DNA of 12,896 nt from the NCBI GenBank assembly GCA_001179505.1, contig CDMY01000888.1, forward strand, positions 1 to 12,896, in the 5' to 3' direction. The stretch is from Vitrella brassicaformis CCMP3155. Lineage: Eukaryota; Protista; Chromerida. Shown here piece after piece: positions 9,001 through 12,896 of the stretch. Numbering within the stretch: position 1 is the first letter of the stretch; each line of letters begins with the position of its first letter. The translations under genes and the position numbers were made by a program. The notes below the pieces were generated by a model, which saw only the letters and a program-made list of their open reading frames with translations, was not told where the DNA came from and made no database searches.

Positions 9001-12000
9001 GACAGACACATCGATATTAACACCAATCATCGAACCACCGTGCTGACTGAATCAATCGTCTGTCTCCCTCCCTCCCTCCCTCCCTCCCCATCGCTTAGTT
9101 ACCGGCATTTCCCTCTGCACGAGCTGTCGCTTTGCCGGCGGCTGGTGTTTCACGATCGACTCTGGAATGGGAATAGGTGTCTTGTCGCCCATGGTGGCCT
9201 TCTTGGCCTTCTCCGCCTGCTTGTCGAGTGCGGCCTTGGCCTTGACGTGCCCCCGGTAGACGTCGTCGACCAGCTCTGCGACCGTCTCGTAGGGCTCTGA
9301 GGACGACGGCAGGGCCAGCACTGTGGTGGCCGTGGGGGTGATGGTCTCATCTTCGCGGAATGATGGGCCCTTCAAGTCGACCGTTGACGATATGACGCGC
9401 CCGTCCTGACACACACGAAGGAGGGAGGACACACAGATGGGGCGGGGCGTTTGTAGGGGTCTGGGCTGACTGACTGTAGGACTACTTACCTGAAGGTGGA
9501 TGACGCGGTCGAAGTATGGGAGCAGGTACATGTGGCTGTTGAGGCAGACGATGCGCGTGGTGTCCTTGAGCAGCCCCATGACGCCCTGCCAGAACATGAC
9601 GCTGCACGTCTGCAGGTCCACAGACGCAAACGGGTCGTCCAGCAGCACAAACCCGTCGCGCCGATCCGCCTCGTGCTGCAGCGCACGGGCAAACGTCACA
9701 CGCACCTTCTGGCCACCTGCACATGGAAACGAAATGCATCCATTCATCGCCCACACACTCAAGTGGTGTGTGCTGTGCTGTGCTGTGCTGCAAAGAAGTG
9801 GACCTGAGAGGTTGATGCCCTGCTCGCCGATCTCGGTCTGGTCCGCTTCCGGCAGGATGCCCAGATCAGGCAGCAGCCCAGCGCAGCTCAGCACTTGCTC
9901 ATAGGTCTCCGGCGCCTCGTACATGATGCCCGTATCATTCAGCGACCGGAACAGAACGTTGTTCTGCAGCGACAGGTTCTGTATCCACGGCTCCTGCGAC
10001 ACGAACGACGGCGACGGGCCGCGAAGCACCACCCTCCCGGCCGTCTGGGGCACCTCTCCCATCATTGCCTTCAGAAAGGTGGTCTTGCCGCCCCCCACCT
10101 TGCCCACAAGGGCCACCAGCTCGCCGCGGTTGATCTTGACGTTGTCCAGCCTGAGAGTGAAGTTGCTCGATGGCCACCGGAATATCGCATTCTCGATATG
10201 AAGGGCGGGCGCCTTCGGGGGGCCGTTGGTGGACAGCCGCTGGACGTGGGAGCGCCAGGATGGCAGAAGGAGGAAGTCTCGGAGGCGCTGAAGGGATATC
10301 TTGGCTTCCTGGTCGGTTGCCATCGCCTGACTGAGCAACATGCCCGGAAACCTGCACACGCCATACCCACACACCCTCGTGTGCGCGTGTGTATTCCCTG
10401 AGTGTGGTGGTACGGACTGGAGTGCACCTGAGGATGTTGAGGAATGCCAGTGTGACGAGTATCTCTGAGCTCTCGAGGGGCTCGTCCAGCAGGTAAACTT
10501 TGGGCACAAAAATGCCAAAGGCGCACAGCAGCGGAGCCACAAACATCATTTCGCGCAGCAGCGCACGCCTGCGTGACCACGCAAGAGACACACAGTGAGG
10601 GCGACAGCATGTGCATGTGGGTCTGTCTGTCTCCTTGCCTCCTTCGATCCATCCATCCCTTGTGGCGACTTGGCGACTTACCACACGAGTGAGTGTTCGA
10701 TGGCGCTCAGCTCCTCGTTTCTGCAGGCCTGCACCTTGCTGCCCAGGGCATACTCCCAGGCAAACAGCTGACATCCGGGACATACATAGCACATGACGGG
10801 GTGGATGCGTTACGAGAAGTGACTGTGTCGGTTTGGTGCTGTGCTCACTTTGACGAATCGGATGTTCTGCAGGATCTGGTTGAAGTGCCTCATCCGTTTG
10901 TCGGTGTGCTGCATGCTTGTGCGACGCATCCGGGCTATCCGCCGACTCACCGCCAGCTGAATCGGCTGCACACACGTAACGCACACACAAGCGGAGAGAG
11001 AGACAGAGAGATGGAGGCTCCATCCAACCAACACATGTAAGTTGGTCCGGTCGGTCTGTCTTTGATGAAGTGAGTGAGTGCCGCTGGACCGACCAGTATG
11101 AGTACGAACAGCGATATGCCGATGATGGATGCCATCCCAATGTACAGCCACAACACAATCAGAGTCACCACAGCCGTCAACGCAAAATGCCTGCAATCAA
11201 ATCAAGACCCTCGTGTGAACGTGAATGTGTTCTGGCTCTTGTTTTGGCTTGGCTTGGTTTGGTGGGGTGGGTGGGTGACGGGCTGACCGACCAGTAGAAG
11301 TGCAGGAACTGAAGGCACATGAAGACACGCTCCGGATCCACAGACATCCTGGTCAACGTCTCCCCTGCAGGCCACACAAGAAGACAAGACACCACATGAC
11401 ATGTGCCAATCAATGATCGGTCCATCCATCCATCTTCTATTCTCCCCCTTTCGTCTCACCTGCAGTGGCGCTCTGTTTGTCTTTCTTCGGCTGGAAGGAC
11501 GGCAGCGTCAGTGCGTGCCGATACACCGCCAGCATCAGCGCCGCACGCACCTCAATCCCAGCCCGTGTGCAAAGGTAAAACCCCCTCCTGTATAAACAAA
11601 CAAACCGACAACCGACATGGTCAGTCACCTGGCCAAGTGAGTGTCCCTCTCTCTCCCTCTCACTGACGCCATGAAGATGGACGACAGGATCGACACGACG
11701 GCCAGCAGGACTGCGTACACGAGTGCCATGGGGTTGAAATTCCACCCCTCCTGGGCCACCACCCCCTCGTCGCTGGTCCATTGCAGCTCGCGGAACAACA
11801 GCTGGATGATCAGAGGCAACGCAAATTGGACGCACATGAACAGGAACTGGTAAACGCCTGACAAAGAACAAACAACAAACAGCACACAGCACACACAGCA
11901 CACATTGACAGACAGACAGGCTGACCGAGGGAGGGGAGAGCACTGCGTGTTTGTGGCTGACTGACTGACCTCCGATGACCCATTTCCGCCCAAAAGCGCG

Positions 12001-12518
12001 GTAGAGTGCGAGTGCGATTGACGGCCGGTTGACCCAGCTCTTGGCGTCGTTGGCTGTCTCCTTCTCCCTCTCCCATTCCTCAGCCAGCCGCTCGTACAGC
12101 CCATGACAGCTGTCGCTCTCAAGCGTGCGGAACACATCCTCGTCGCGCAGACCCTCCCGGCCCTTGCGCAGCGCCGTCCTCACCAACCTGACACACACAC
12201 ACACATGGACATGGACACAAGCACAGACAAGCACGGACAAGCACAGACAAGCACCCTGTTTTGTTCCCGATTCTAGGGTGATTGTGCGTGTGTGTGTGCT
12301 CACGGATTGAGCCAAGACAGCGACACGATGGAGCAGAGGGCTCCAATCCGCTGGCAGAGAGTGCCGGAGGTGAGCCTACGCTCTTTCTCTGTCAGAGGGT
12401 GAGAGGGCGGGCCGAAAGAGAGCGTGGCTGTGGTGCTGGTGGCCACACCGGGCGTGGACGCCTTGGCACCGTCCTCCGTCTCCTGGCGCGGGATGGTTGC
12501 TGACCGAGCCTCAGTCAT
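6034..12518 (-). CDS. ABCC: ABC transporter C family (MRP-like, TMD1-NBD1-TMD2-NBD2), 24 exons, about 1434 aa
   Basis: Exons: 12304-12518, 11970-12187, 11668-11857, 11460-11587, 11292-11364, 11094-11190, 10849-10965, 10682-10767, 10428-10568, 9804-10351, 9490-9716, 9103-9405, 8823-8982, 8572-8726, 8171-8466, 7927-8088, 7645-7825, 7518-7560, 7097-7424, 6930-6996, 6699-6819, 6549-6621, 6429-6489, 6034-6348. They total 4305 nt; all 23 introns are GT-AG, 59-128 nt. Motifs: SWLNPL; NBD1 GKVGGGKTT, SQEPWIQN, LSGGQ, VLLDD; FFDTTLQGSILNRFGKD; SRSPVY; ENYMTCTERLLEY; NBD2 GRTGAGKSS, IIPQDP, LSAGQRQL, LVLDEATAQID, IAHRL. The start is uncertain because the frame stays open upstream to 12872. Confidence 0.95.
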
Positions 12519-12896
12519 CCGGATCAGACCAACTGACGAAAACCACTTAATTCCCGTCCGCTCTGTGACGACCGGACGTGCAAAAAAGATGCGTGCGCCA
12601 CCAGACAGCCCTTCTATGTGTTGCTCAAGACAGGTTTTCCGCAGACGCACCCTAGCCGTTTTCGCCCTCTGTCTCATCAAAATCAAAAATATGTCTCTCT
12701 TGCTGCCTGTCAGGATTGCCAGCTTGGCAAGACGAACCACTGCGAGCTTGTGAGCTAGGGTATATTGCTGTGTAACGGGTGGAGAGAGGAGAAGACAAAG
12801 AAAGACAAGGAAAGCATTCTGAGGAGACACGATCTTATCAGCCATCACCGAAGTGAGATCTGTGTTGACCACCCTTCATGATGCCATACATGGACA

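Noticed and set aside
9052-12315. Long minus-strand ORFs (496, 407 and 292 aa) taken as separate genes
   Set aside because: They are chance read-throughs of ABCC exons and introns; the spliced model explains all recognisable parts.

Overview
Intron-rich eukaryotic genomic DNA. The GC-rich exons and short, microsatellite-laden GT-AG introns resemble a chromerid alveolate such as Vitrella; that is an inference from style only. Four spliced genes were assembled by hand with consistent intron phases: (1) a minus-strand equilibrative nucleoside transporter (ENT/SLC29) that runs off the left edge; (2) a plus-strand 3-exon hypothetical protein of about 217 aa, head-to-head with the ENT; (3) a minus-strand 5-exon RMI2-like OB-fold protein; (4) a minus-strand 24-exon full-length ABCC/MRP transporter of about 1434 aa. 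No prokaryotic operon, CRISPR array, RNA gene or transposon ORF is supported, and I found no clearly new biological system. The most interesting oddities are: tandem GTAGGTAGGT donors that could switch the RMI2-like C-terminus between polyQ and polyA frames; a CAG/CUG inverted pair bracketing its stop codon; an AGCT-rich, inverted-repeat-containing element upstream of it; and many GTC-type splice donors in the ABCC gene. Regions 2210-3400 and 4660-5760 carry splice-like signals that I could not resolve.
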